Below are positions 1 through 11,630 of a stretch of DNA of 64,000 nt, piece after piece (positions within the stretch are counted from its first letter, which is position 1; every line of letters begins with the position of its first letter). The notes beneath the pieces were generated by a model that saw only the letters and a program-made list of their open reading frames with translations, made no database searches and had not been told where the DNA came from. Origin of the DNA: Octopus vulgaris. Taxonomy: Eukaryota. The stretch spans positions 58,156,001-58,220,000 of the forward strand of contig OX597826.1 of NCBI GenBank assembly GCA_951406725.2. The letters are read 5' to 3'. The position numbers and the translations under genes are program-made.

Positions 1-799
1 GTGGTGGTGGTAGTGGTGGTGGTGGCGGTGGTGGGGATGATGATGATGGTGATAGTGGTGTTGGTATTGCTGCTGCTGCTGCTGCTGATAATGATGATAA
101 TGTCGGTGGTGGTAGTATTAGTAGTAAAGAGGGTGATGATGATGGTGGCGGTGGTTCTGGCATTGTTAGTGGTGTTGGTGGTAATTGTGATGGCGTTGTT
201 AGTAATAAGGTTATTGGTGGCGATGGCAGTGGCGGTGGCGACGGCGATGTTGGTGGTGGTGACGGCGGCGGTGTTGGTGGCAATGTTGTTGTTGGTGGTG
301 GTGTTGATGCTAATGACAAGGGCATGCATTAGTGATTGCAGTGGTTGTTTTGCTTATCATAGTACTAGGCCTAGTGAGGTTGGTCTAAGTGACAGTGGTG
401 GCATCGTTGATAATGATCGTGGTGACAATAAAGATGGTGTTGATGGTAGTCGTGGTTATGGCGGCTGTAACCGTTGTAGTAGTAGTAGTGGTAGTAATGA
501 TGGTGGTTGTAGTGGTGGTTGTAGTGGTAGCAGTCATCGAGCTTCCGTCAGTCAGATTAAATTCTGATTATTTTGTCAGAGACCCAAGATTAATGACAAT
601 TGTAAGGATTATCTCTGGTGATGGGACTGGAGAGACGGTCTATGATGATGATGAGTATGACGACGGTGATGAAGATGACGATGATGTTGATGACGACGAC
701 GATGATCATTATGGTGGAAGTGGTGGTGGTGGTGGTGGTGACGATGTTAATGACGTCGGCGTTGTGTTGTTGCTGGTGGTGGTGGTTGTAATGGTGGTA

Positions 800-837
<38 letters not shown>

Positions 838-1016
838 GCTGATGATGTTGATGTTGATGATGATGATGATGATGAGGGCGATGAGGATGGTGATGCGCAC
901 GATGATGATAAAGACGATGATAATGAACACGATGATGATGACGATGACAATCATGATAGTCATAATGACGAAGATGGTATTGCTAATGTAGATAACGATG
1001 ACGATAAAAGGCGGTA

Positions 1017-1054
<38 letters not shown>

Positions 1055-1300
1055 CGATGACGACGACGATGATTATGATCATGAGGAAGGAGGAGGAGGA
1101 AGAGGAGGAAGGGGACGCATGTTGGTGGAAATGGGGATAATGACGATGGTGATGGTGGTGTCAATAGTAGTGGTGGTGGTGGTGGTGGTGGTGGTGGTGG
1201 TGGTGGTGGTGGTGGTGGTGGTGGTGGTGGTGGAGGTGGTGATGCAGGAGGCATTGTAAGGGAGTAGTTGAATGATGATGATGATGATGATGATGATGGC
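1..1300. repeat. Compound (GGT)n/(GAT)n/(GAC)n low-complexity tract
   Basis: Degenerate trinucleotide repeats seen directly; they explain the poly-V/M/D/P ORFs. Confidence 0.95.
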
Positions 1301-1593
1301 AGTGGTTATAATGGTGCTATTGTGTGTGTCGGTGATGAAAGATGTTGGTAATAGCAGTGTGCGTGTGTGGATGTACGTGTGTGTTTGAATGTGATGGGCA
1401 TGCTGTTAGTGGTGCAGAGATAGTGAAAGTGGTGGAGAAGGTGGTAGTGGTATGTGTGTGTGTGTGTGTGTGTGGTGTAATGGAGGATGTTGTTGCTCGT
1501 AGTGCGTATGTATGTACATGTGTATATGTGGCGTGATGAGCATGTTGTTGTTGTTGGTGGTGGTAGTGGTAGTGATGTGGTATGGTGTGGTGT

Positions 1594-1631
<38 letters not shown>

Positions 1632-2658
1632 GTGTGAAAGGATGAAAATGTGATGTTCGTTGTGATTCTGTGTGATATTTACGTATGGGATAGTGATGTG
1701 GTAGTGGTAATGATGATGACGACGACGACGACGACGACGAAGAAGAAGAAGAAGAAGAAGAAGAAGAAGAAGAAGAAGAAGAAGAAGAAGAAGAATTTGC
1801 TGATGATGGTGATGAAGATGATGATGATGATGAGAGCGGTGGTGGTGGTGGTCATCGTCGTCGTCAGCGATGTCGTCGTCATCGTCGTGATGATAGTAAT
1901 GTTAATAATGATCTGGGATGTTAGCGATAGTGGCGGCGATGGTGGTGGTGGTGGTGGTGGTAGTACTTGTATGATGTGGATTTGTTTGTATTTGCATCAG
2001 TGCGTATGTTTGTGTATATGTATATTTGCGTGTGTGTATGTGTGTGTGTTTTTGTGTGTGTGTGCGTGTGTGTGTTAATGGCCACTGCGATAGTGGTGTG
2101 ATGCGTTTAAAAGGGAAGCTGGTGCCAGGCTAGGACACAAAAGGGAGCGTGTCGTTGCCGGTTGACGGTAATGGTGGTGGTGGTGGTGTTTGTGGTGGTG
2201 AGAGGAGCGATGGCGATGTAGACAACAACGATAATGGGACGTTGATGAGAGCAAGGGGAAGAGAAATGGAGAGAAGGGGAGAGCTAGCCCTGACAATGAC
2301 AGCACCGAGAGGTTGATGGAGAGGCTAATAATAGCACCGAGGGTGTTGGTGTTGGTGGTATTGGTGCTGGTGCTGGTGATGATGGTGGTGGTTGAGGGTG
2401 AGTGGGTAGATGGTGGGGGCTATGATGGTTTCGTTGTTGTTTAGCCCCAGGCCAACCATGGTCGGGAAGACGTGTGGTCAAAAGGTCTCCGACCGTCGTC
2501 ATCCGGAATTTTCTTAATCCAGAAACTCTTTATCTAAGACTATATTACCAATCGTCGTCCTTTTATTTCTTAAAACTATAGAATACGAATTTGCCTGCTA
2601 TTTCTAGCAGGTCTACAACCATGTAGGAACTCCTTTACTAATTCATGATGTTAATATT

Positions 2659-3272
2659 CTTTTCTACTGCTGGCACAAGGCCTGAAATTTTTGGTGAGGG
2701 AGCCTGTCGACTAGATCGATCCCAGTACGCAACTGGTATTTAATTTATCGACCCAGAAAGGATAAAAGGCAAAGTAGACCGCGGCGGAATTTGAACTCAG
2801 AACGTAAAGACACACGAAATACTGCTAAGCATTTCGCCTGGCGTGCTAACGTTTCTTATTTCTTTATTGCCCACAAGGGGTTAAACATAGAGGGGGCAAA
2901 CAAGGACAGACAAACGGATTAAGTCGATTACATCGACTCCAGTGCGTAACTGATACTTAATTTATCAACCCCAAAAGGATGAAAGGCAAAGTCGACCTCG
3001 GTGGAATTTGAACTCAGAACGTAACGGCAGACGAAATACCTATTTCTTTACTACCCACAAGGGGACAAGCACAGAGAGGACAAACAAGGACAGACAAACG
3101 GATTAAGTCGATTATATCGATCCCAGTGCATAGCTGGTACTTATTTAATTGATCCCGAAAGGATGAAAGGCAAAGTCGACCACGGCGGAATTTGAATTCA
3201 GGACGTAACGGCAGACGAAATACCGCTAAGCATTTCGTCCGGCGTACTAACGATTCTGCTAGCTCGCTGCCT
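2659..3272 (-). mobile_element. Composite (trimeric) tRNA-derived SINE, family A (Nin/Deu-type central domain)
   Basis: Head GGCAGCGAGCTAGCAGAATCGTTAG, B-box-like GAATTCAAATTCC/GAGTTCAAATTCC and domain GCCTTTCATCCTTTCGGG..CGAT repeated 3x; 17-bp TSD TTCATGATGTTAATATT at 2642-2658 and 3273-3289. Confidence 0.9.
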
Positions 3273-3424
3273 TTCATGATGTTAATATTGTTAATGGTGG
3301 TACTGGGTCGATCTAATAGACTGGCCTTCCCCCCCCCCCCCAATTTCGGGCCTTGTGCCTAGAGTAGAAAAGAATATTGTTGATGGTGGTGATGAGGTGA
3401 GGGTGCTGTTATTGGAGCTAACAT

Positions 3425-3950
3425 TGGTTTCAAATTTTGGCACAAGACCAGCAATGTCGTGGCGATAAGCGTGGTGGGGGCGGAGTTAAGTCGATTAATC
3501 GACTCCAGTGATCAACTGGTATTGATTTTATCGACCCCGAAAGAATGAAAGGCAAAGTCGATCTCGACGGAATATGACCGTCAGAAGGCGCAGACGGACG
3601 AAATGCCGCTAAGCATTTCGTCCAGCGTGCTAACGATCCTGCCAGCTCGCCGCCCTAGCTGTAGCAGTCATATTAGAATCAGCAAAGACAGTGAGCTGGA
3701 CGAAATGCTTAGTAGCATTTCAGCCATCTGCGCGTTTTTGAGTTCATATTCCTCCGAGGTCGACTTTGCCTTTCATCCTTTCGGGGTCGATGAAATGAAT
3801 ACAAGTTGAGCGCCGGGGTTGATGTTATCTTAGCCCTTCCCTCAAAATTGCTGGCGTTGCGCAAAAATTTGAGACCAATATTACTGCAGCTAAGACAGCG
3901 AGATAGCGGAATCGTTAGCACGTACAATAAAAATGCTTAGCAGCATTTCT
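3425..3950. mobile_element. Cluster of decayed family A SINE copies (both strands)
   Basis: Recurrent GTCGACTTTGCCTTTCATCCTTTCGGGGTCGAT or its reverse complement. Confidence 0.8.
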
Positions 3951-3954
3951 TCCT

Positions 3955-4325
3955 TTACATTATTTACATTATTTACATTCGATGGGTATTTGTCCTCATC
4001 TTGTTTGTTGTTAACACAACGTTTCGGCTGATATATTCTCCAGCCTTCTTCAGGTGTCGTGGGGAAATTTCGGACCTGGGTTCTCATTCTAGAGTATTTT
4101 TCTATGTTGTTGTTGTTGATGTTGTTGTTGTTATTATTATTATTATTATTGTAATTATTATTGCTATTGTTATTATTATTATTGTTCAGTTCACTGCTTG
4201 GAATCGACCTCGGAATATTGGGGTTAGTAGCCTGCGCTCTTAACCACTATGCCATATGCCCGTGGGCATATAGCGTAGTTGTTTCTTCAAGACACTTGAA
4301 GAAGGCTGGAGGGTATATCAGCCGA
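3955..4325 (-). mobile_element. Solo Penelope pseudo-LTR (pLTR) with a short inverted partial copy
   Basis: 3955-4262 is the reverse complement of 11429-11679; from about 4260 a plus-strand partial copy follows. Confidence 0.85.
4013..4058 (-). ncRNA. Minimal type I hammerhead ribozyme
   Basis: Minus strand: GACAC-CUGAAGA-A-GGCUG(gagaauauau)CAGCC-GAAA-CG-UU-GUGUU; intact core, 5-bp stems I and II, palindromic ACGU stem III. Confidence 0.85.
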
Positions 4326-4439
4326 CCGATGTATGGTTAAAGACGTTTTCGACATGACCATCCCGTATATAATTTCCTGCTCGTAAACTACCAAGAAGCA
4401 TATTATGTTTCCTTATTTTTGAAAGACAGGGTTGACTGT

Positions 4440-5110
4440 CTTTTATCATTTAGATGTTTTAGTCATTGGACAGCGGCCATGCCGAAGCACCGCATTGAAG
4501 TGCTTTTTAGAGAAACAAATCGGCCTAAGAACTTAATTTTAAGTCTGGTATTTATTCTATCGCATCTTTTGTCGATCCTCTAATTTACAGAAACATAAAC
4601 AAACCAATTCCAGTTTGCCAGAGGCGGAGGGAGAAACTCAGACACAAAGGCACAGACAGACACACACACACACGCACACACACATATATACAGGTATTAA
4701 TGCACACACATGCACATATATACACACATATACTTACACACTGACACACACATACACACTGACACACACATGTTCATATACATATACACACACGCGTATA
4801 CACACCCTACACACAACGGATTTGAACCGTCTATCAAATTACACACACACAAACGAACGCAAGCACCTGTACACATAAACACATATACATGTACATACAT
4901 CTACAAGCACACGCATGTATACACACGTATATACACACACGCACATACACATCTAAACAATTTGGGCTTGCACTCTCTGTCAAATTCACTCACAAGACAT
5001 TGGTCGGCCGAGGCTATAGAAGAAAGCACTTGCCCAAGGTGCCACGTAGTGGGATTGAACCCGAGTCACGTAGATGTAAAATGAGCTTCTTAATCACACA
5101 GCCGTGCATG
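4440..5110 (-). mobile_element. Decayed family B (CORE-type) SINE with expanded internal (CA)n
   Basis: CACTTGCCCAAGGTGCCAC (reverse complement of the core ACCTTGGGCAAGTG) and 3' part matching 34038-34449. Confidence 0.7.
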
Positions 5111-6005
5111 CACCTATTTGAGGAAAAGATAGAAGCTATTTCTTGCAGGTTGAAAGCGTTTACAGATGCTTCTTCCGTTTGTTCCGTTAAAGGAATCTTT
5201 TGGTACCAAAAGAAACCTCAAGAAACGTTTAAGATTTCGAGATAAAAAGAAAAAAAAAACATTATGTGAACTGTGGTGATGATGACGGTAGTGGTGGAGG
5301 TGATAGTTACGATGTTTATACTTACTGATAATGATGATGATGCTGTTGGTAGTGATAGTAATAATGAGAGGGCGGGGTAGTATTGATGGTGATGGTGGAG
5401 GAGAACGGTGCGCGGTGGTTATAGCAGTGCTGATAGTGTTGGTGGTGGCTTTTGTGGTGGTTACAGCGATCAAGGCGATAGTGATGGCTGTGGTGATGGT
5501 GATGGCGATGGTGGTGGTAGCAGCGGTGGTGGTGTTGGTAGTGGTTTTAGTGGTCGTGGTGAGAGTCATGCTGATAGTGGTGGTAGTGGTTGTTGTATTT
5601 GGTGGTGGTGGTGGTGGTGGTGGTAGGGGTATTGGTGCTGGTATTGGTGGTGGTGTTGGTAAATGTGGTGGTATGGTGTTAGTAGTGGTTACAGAGGTCG
5701 TGGTGACAGTGATGCTAGTTGTGGTGGTGGTGGTGGTGGTGGTAGTGGTGATAATAGTGATGATGACAGTGTTGGTAGAAATGGCTGTGGTGATGGTGAT
5801 GCTAATACTGATGCCAGAGTCAGGGGTGGAGCTGGTGGTAGCGATGGTGGTGATGGTGGTATTGCTGCTGGTAGCAATGTTGTGGTTGTGGGTGGTGGTG
5901 GTGGTGATGTTGGTGAAGGATGTAGTAAACTGTGAGACGAAAAGGCCAAGACATTAAATCAAACCAATACATGTTTTTATTTGTTATATGTATATAAATT
6001 TAGAG

Positions 6006-6046
<41 letters not shown>

Positions 6047-6659
6047 TGTATGCTTGTGAGTGCTTTTGTGTTCCTGTTATTGAATGTGTGTGTGCGCGTG
6101 TATGGGTGTATTTGTGTATGTATGTGTGTGAGTAGAGAGGTCTGCGTGTACGGATGTGTGCATATATGATGTTAGTGCTTGTGGATATATGATTGTATTG
6201 TTTGATGTACGATGATTCTGTGTGTGAATGTGTGTATATGTGTGTGTGTGTGCATGTGTGTGTGTGTGCGTGTGTGTGTGCGTGCATGTATGTGTGTGTG
6301 TGTGTGTGTGCGTGCATGCGTGTGTGTGTGTGAGTGTGTGGTCGTGAGTTTTGGTATTCTTATGATTATATGCGTATATCTGTGTGTGTGTGTGTGTGTG
6401 TGGTCGTAACTTTTGGTATTCGCATGATTATATGCGTGTATATTTGTGTATATGTGTGCGTGTGCGTGTGCGTGCGTGCATGGATGTGTGTGTATGTGCA
6501 CGTATGAGTATGTGATCATGCAGTTTGATGCGTGTGATGTGCGTGTGTTTGTGTGTTCCTGACAGAAGACGACAAGCGTTGTCCTGATGTACGTATGGTG
6601 GAAGAGAAAGAGACACGGAAGAAGCAGATGGAAAAGGAAACGTAAAGATAGTAGTAGTT

Positions 6660-6693
<34 letters not shown>

Positions 6694-6916
6694 AGAAGAA
6701 GAAGAAGAAGAAGAAGAAGAAGAAGAGAGAGAGAGAGAGAGAAGCAGGGAGTAAGGGAGAGCAGTGAACCCCGTTTACTAATTTACCATTTTTTATTGCC
6801 CTCGAAACATTGCAGCACTTTGCTCTATGTTTGTTGTGCTTGTCAACAGAGTTTCCCAAACAGCAAATTATAGAATTAACCGACGAAATACCATAAATCC
6901 ACCAATAAAAATAAAA

Positions 6917-6964
<48 letters not shown>

Positions 6965-7750
6965 GATAAACTACAGCATAAAATATAAGAAGAGAAAAAT
7001 ATTTTTAAAAAAATGTAAAAATAAGAGCAAACTGCTTATTTGTTTTTTACCTATTTATTTATTTTTATTATATATTTAGTGTTTATTTCACATTTCTGCA
7101 GACTAATCGCTAGAGGGGAAAGAGAGGAGGAGACAAGTGGGAGAGGAAGAGAGATAAAGAGAGAGAGAGAGAGAGAGGAGAGATGAATATAATTTTGGTC
7201 ATAAGAATTGACGTAAACAATATTATGATGACCACGATGACGAAGAAGGAACGACAAGGGATCGCTGATGGGAATACAAATAATAGCTACTATTTCTAAC
7301 ATTGGTGCTTGGCCAGAAATGTTTTATATTTTGGAGGGGTGTTTGGTTTGTTGGTTTGTTGATGTTTGTTGGTTTGTTGGCTGGTTGGTCGGTCGGTTAG
7401 TTGGTTGTTTTCTCTACGAAGGGTTTGGGGGAACAGAACAAAACGATTGGATGAAAGCAAAGTTGGCCCCCCCTATACCCTCAGTATTTCACTAGTGTTT
7501 TGTTGGCCCCTGAATGGATCAAAGGGTAAAAACAGAACCACGGTGGGACTTTGGGACTCGGAATGTAAAGAAACGTAATTAAATGCATCGAGGTATATTG
7601 TCCGGTGCTCTACCGACCTCTGAAATAGAAAGTACAAAGTCAATCCCGAAGGGATTAGAACTAAAAGCATAAGGGACATTATTTAATACTCGAGGGTCTT
7701 TCACTTAATTCTGTCAACTGTCCTAATAATTAAAAAAAAAAAAAAAAAGA

Positions 7751-7830
7751 ATAATAATAATAACAATAATAATAACAATAATAATAATAATAATAATGGT
7801 AATAATAATGATAATAATAATGATAATGAT

Positions 7831-7883
<53 letters not shown>

Positions 7884-7891
7884 TAATAATG

Positions 7892-7951
<60 letters not shown>

Positions 7952-7998
7952 TATTTTACCCCAGTGTCACTTTGATGGCATGAACTGCTCTCTCACTC

Positions 7999-8069
<71 letters not shown>

Positions 8070-8092
8070 TGATGATGATGATGATGATGATA
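7751..8092. repeat. (AAT)n/(GAT)n microsatellite with a short unique insert
   Basis: Seen directly. Confidence 0.9.
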
Positions 8093-8204
8093 AAACAGCT
8101 AGGGTGGTATATAAAAAATGCTGTGGAGCCACTGTTGAAATATACGAAGAAGGCCGGCGTCATCAAAACTGAAAATTGTGTAACTAAAGAAAAATTTTAA
8201 CAAG

Positions 8205-8600
8205 AAAGCTGTGTGGTAAGTAGCTTGCTTACCAACCACTTGGTTACGGGTTCAGTCCCACTGTATTGCACCTTGTGCAAGTGACCTCTACTATAGCCTC
8301 AGGCCGACCAAAGCCTTGTGAGTGGATTTGGTAGACGGAAACTGAAAAAGCCTGTCGTATAATATGTATATATATATATATGTTTGTATGTCTGTGTTTG
8401 TTTCCCCAACATCGCTTGATAACCGATGCTGGTGTGTTTACATCCCCGTAACTTAGCGGTTCGGCAAAAGAGACCAATAGAATAAGTACTAGGCTTACAA
8501 AGAATAAGTCCTGGTGTTGATTTGCTGGACTAAAGACGGTGCTCCAGTATGACTGCAGCTAAATGACTGAAACAAATAAAAAAAAAGGATAAAAGAATAA
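8205..8600 (+). mobile_element. Family B tRNA-derived CORE-type SINE
   Basis: A box (GCTGTGTGGTAAG), B box (GGTTCAGTCCC), core ACCTTGTGCAAGTG, tail GACTGAAACAAATAAAA; matches 34038-34449. Confidence 0.85.
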
Positions 8601-8616
8601 AAAAAACGAAATAAGA

Positions 8617-9665
8617 AAAAGCATGGAAGGAAAAATGTATAGTCAGTTTGCGAGAGATGTGAACGCCAAGACAGATGCAGAGAACCGGTGGCTATGGATG
8701 AGGAGGAGTGACGTGAAGTTAGAGACAAGCATTCATATGCGCAGCTCAGGAACAAGCGTTAAGGATCAACTATATGAAGTGCAAAATTGACGACACTACC
8801 GATAGCGACAAATGCAGGAAGTACGGTGAGAGGGGTGATACGGTATGGCACATCGTTGGTGAGCTGACAGAAACGTTAGCACGCCGGGCGAAATGCTTAG
8901 CAGTATTTCGTCAGCCGTTACGTTGTGAGTTCAAATTCCGCCGAGGTCGACTTTGCCTTTCATCCTTTCGGGGTCGATAAATTAAGTAACAGTTACGCAC
9001 TGGGGTCGATATAATCGACTTAATCCGTTTGTCTGTCCTTGTTTGTCTTCTCTATATTTAACCCCTTGTGGGTAGTAAAGAAATAGGTATGGCACATCGT
9101 TAGCGAATGCCCGAAATTAGCACCTCGTGAATAGAGACGACGCCATGATAATGCGGCAACAGTGATCTATTGGGAGCTCTGTGGAAATCACGGCCTACAA
9201 AGAGCAAAGACGTTGTATGAACAAATTCTCGAAGGAGTCAGCGAAAATGAGAACTGCCAAATCCTGTGGGGTGTAATGATCCAGCACGATCACCTGACCA
9301 GACATAGGAATAAAAAAGAAATAACCTGTATGATTATCGACATAGCATACACCAGTGACAACTGGACCAATGTGAAAGAAGAAAAAATATACAACCATGA
9401 CGATTTAAAGTGGGAAATACGAAGGTTGTGGTCAATAAAGAGAGTAATACCAACAGTAATTGGTGCACTTGGAAATATCAGCACTCAACTACCAACATGG
9501 CTGAAAAAGATCGGTGCAAGTGTGAAAGTAGAACACACTTGAAACTGCAAGAATTTTTCGCAGGGTTCTTGAAGCATGACCAATAAATGGGTGTCACCTT
9601 AGTCTGCTGGTTGTAGACATCTGACACTTTCCATCATACCCAGCAACATAAGCTGTGAGTTTTCA
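8617..9665 (+). mobile_element. Dong/R4-clade non-LTR retrotransposon 3' fragment (zinc knuckle + restriction-like endonuclease), pseudogenised
   Basis: Translates as ..AAQEQALRINY..DKCRKYGERGDTVWHIV|SECPKLA..RHDNAA..YWELC..ILW..CMIIDIA..KEEK..VIGALG; followed directly by (TAA)n, the known Dong target; interrupted by a SINE. Confidence 0.85.
8858..9085 (+). mobile_element. Family A SINE inserted into the Dong/R4 ORF
   Basis: 16-bp TSD GGTATGGCACATCGTT at 8842-8857 and 9086-9101; removing it rejoins WHIV-SEC. Confidence 0.92.
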
Positions 9666-9687
9666 TATTATAATAATAATAATATTG

Positions 9688-9748
<61 letters not shown>

Positions 9749-10184
9749 TAATAATAATAATAATGATTCTTTCTACGATAGGCCAATAATTTTGAGTAGA
9801 AGGGGAAGTCGATTTCATTGACTCTAGTACTTGACTGGTACATATTTTATGGACGCCGATAAGATAAAAAAAAAATGTAAAGCCGACCTTCATGGCATTT
9901 AAACTTAGCGTTTAATGAGCCGACAGAAATGCCTTAAAGCGTTTTTTTCCGACGTGCTGACGATTCTGCCAGCTTGCTGCCTTTCATAGTTTCAAATCTT
10001 TAGAATGCCCTGAAAATCTCTGTAGCTGTAAAGGTATGTTGAAATGGTTCATTTTCGACCTGATATCGATATTTGGACAATTTCTTGCAGATCTACGCAG
10101 CGATGTCACTAACATGAAACTATCTATTCTATATTTAAGAGATGAGGAATTATGTACATTATTTACATTATTTACATTTGACGG

Positions 10185-11398
10185 ATGTGATAAGTCTAGA
10201 TGTGATAAGTCTGTTCACCAAAGTCCCAACTGGTGAAGCACTATCGGTGATTCAAGAAAAACGAGTGACAGACACCCATATAAAAGATCGCACCAGTATA
10301 TCAATAAGAAACTTGATGGAAATGTTGACCTTCTGTGTAGAAACTACTTACTTCAGTATGGACACTGATATATATCGACAAGAGGAGGGTTTAGCTATCG
10401 GTTCGCGATTGTCACCGATAATAGCCAATATAGACATAGAATACTTTGAGAATTTGGCTTTAGGATCAACACCACTAAAACCGACTCTGTGGCTACGATA
10501 TGTTGATGACACCTTTATACTCTGGCCCCCACCAGGAAGATGTCCAAGTGCTGTTAGATCATGTGAGCTCAATAAAGCCATCTATACAGTTCACAGTGGA
10601 AAAGGAAAAAGACAATCAGCAAGCATTCTTGGACGTATCAATAATATGCACCAAGTATGGATTCAGGAATCCATATACAGAAAGCTGACCCTCACTGGAC
10701 GATACCTCAACTTCAATTCCCACCATCCATACAGTGTAAAGAGAGGGATTGCTCAATGCCTAAAACATCGTGCAAAGAATATAAGTAGCGATCGTGATAC
10801 CCACCACGAAGAAATGATCAAGCTCAATAACAATCTGTTAAGCAACAACTACCCCAAAAGTATACTATCCACTCCAATTATGAAGAAAAGAGAGGATGAA
10901 ACCAATAAACTGTCCACAGTCTGTCTACCCTATGTGAAAGGCCTCTCCGCAAAGATACAAAAGATATGGGGCCCATAGGATATCAGGACAGTATTCAAGA
11001 GTAATACAACACTTTGCAAATATCTCCTTCGAGTAAAACCACCAATAGAAGAGAATATGACCAAAGACTGCGTGTACTCCATCCTATGCAGCTGTGGTAG
11101 GTTATACAAGAGCGAAACATGCCGCTCCTCAAAATAAGGGTAGACGAACATCGCAAAGCTGTGACACGAGGAGATATTGATAAATCGAGTATAACTGATC
11201 ATGTATGGAAAAACGGAAACCACCTCCCCCTGTGAGATGAAGTTAAAATAATAGACAGAGAACATCACTGGGAAATACGAAAACTAAAAGAAGCAGCACA
11301 TATGCTAGAACACAACAACCTCCAAAGCAGACCGAGTGCAGATGTGAGTAGCATATGGGAACCGGTATTAAGGAAGGATAGGAGATATTAGATGTATA
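10185..11398 (+). pseudogene. Penelope RT + GIY-YIG endonuclease ORF, frameshifted with stops
   Basis: SLDVISLFTKVP, YRQEEGLAIGSRLSPIIANI, WLRYVDDTF, YRKLTLTGRYLNFNSHHP, CLPYVKGLS, CVYSILCSCGRLYKSET..RVDEHRK..DHVW..RKLKEA. Confidence 0.93.
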
Positions 11399-11428
11399 AG
11401 CCCTAAAATTCACTCCATAATTGCTCAC

Positions 11429-11499
11429 GGGCGTATAGTGTAGTGGTTAAGAGCGCGGGATACTAACTCTAAGACTGCGAGTTCGATTCCAAGTAGTGA

Positions 11500-11503
<4 letters not shown>
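11429..11503 (+). promoter_or_regulatory. tRNA-derived segment with Pol III A and B boxes inside the pLTR
   Basis: TAGTGTAGTGGTTAAGAGCGC (A box/D arm) and GAGTTCGATTCC (B box); second copy at 4185-4262 (-). Confidence 0.75.
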
Positions 11504-11534
<31 letters not shown>

Positions 11535-11584
11535 TCATCGAAAAATACCATAGGAATGAGAACTCAGGTTCGAAATTTCTCCAA

Positions 11585-11630
11585 GACACCTGATGAAGGC
11601 TGGAGAGTATATCGGCTGAAACGTTGTGTT
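11585..11630 (+). ncRNA. Minimal type I hammerhead ribozyme in the Penelope pLTR
   Basis: GACAC-CUGAUGA-A-GGCUG(gagaguauau)CGGCU-GAAA-CG-UU-GUGUU. Confidence 0.85.

Noticed and set aside
1-991. Hydrophobic 188- and 200-aa ORFs resembling membrane proteins
   Set aside because: (GGT)/(GAT) repeats lack stops by composition
5196-5213. Perfect 18-bp palindrome TCTTTTGGTACCAAAAGA
   Set aside because: Isolated and AT-rich; chance occurrence in 64 kb is plausible
11429-11503. Possible functional tRNA gene
   Set aside because: Acceptor stem does not pair, there is no oligo-T terminator, and it lies within a repeat
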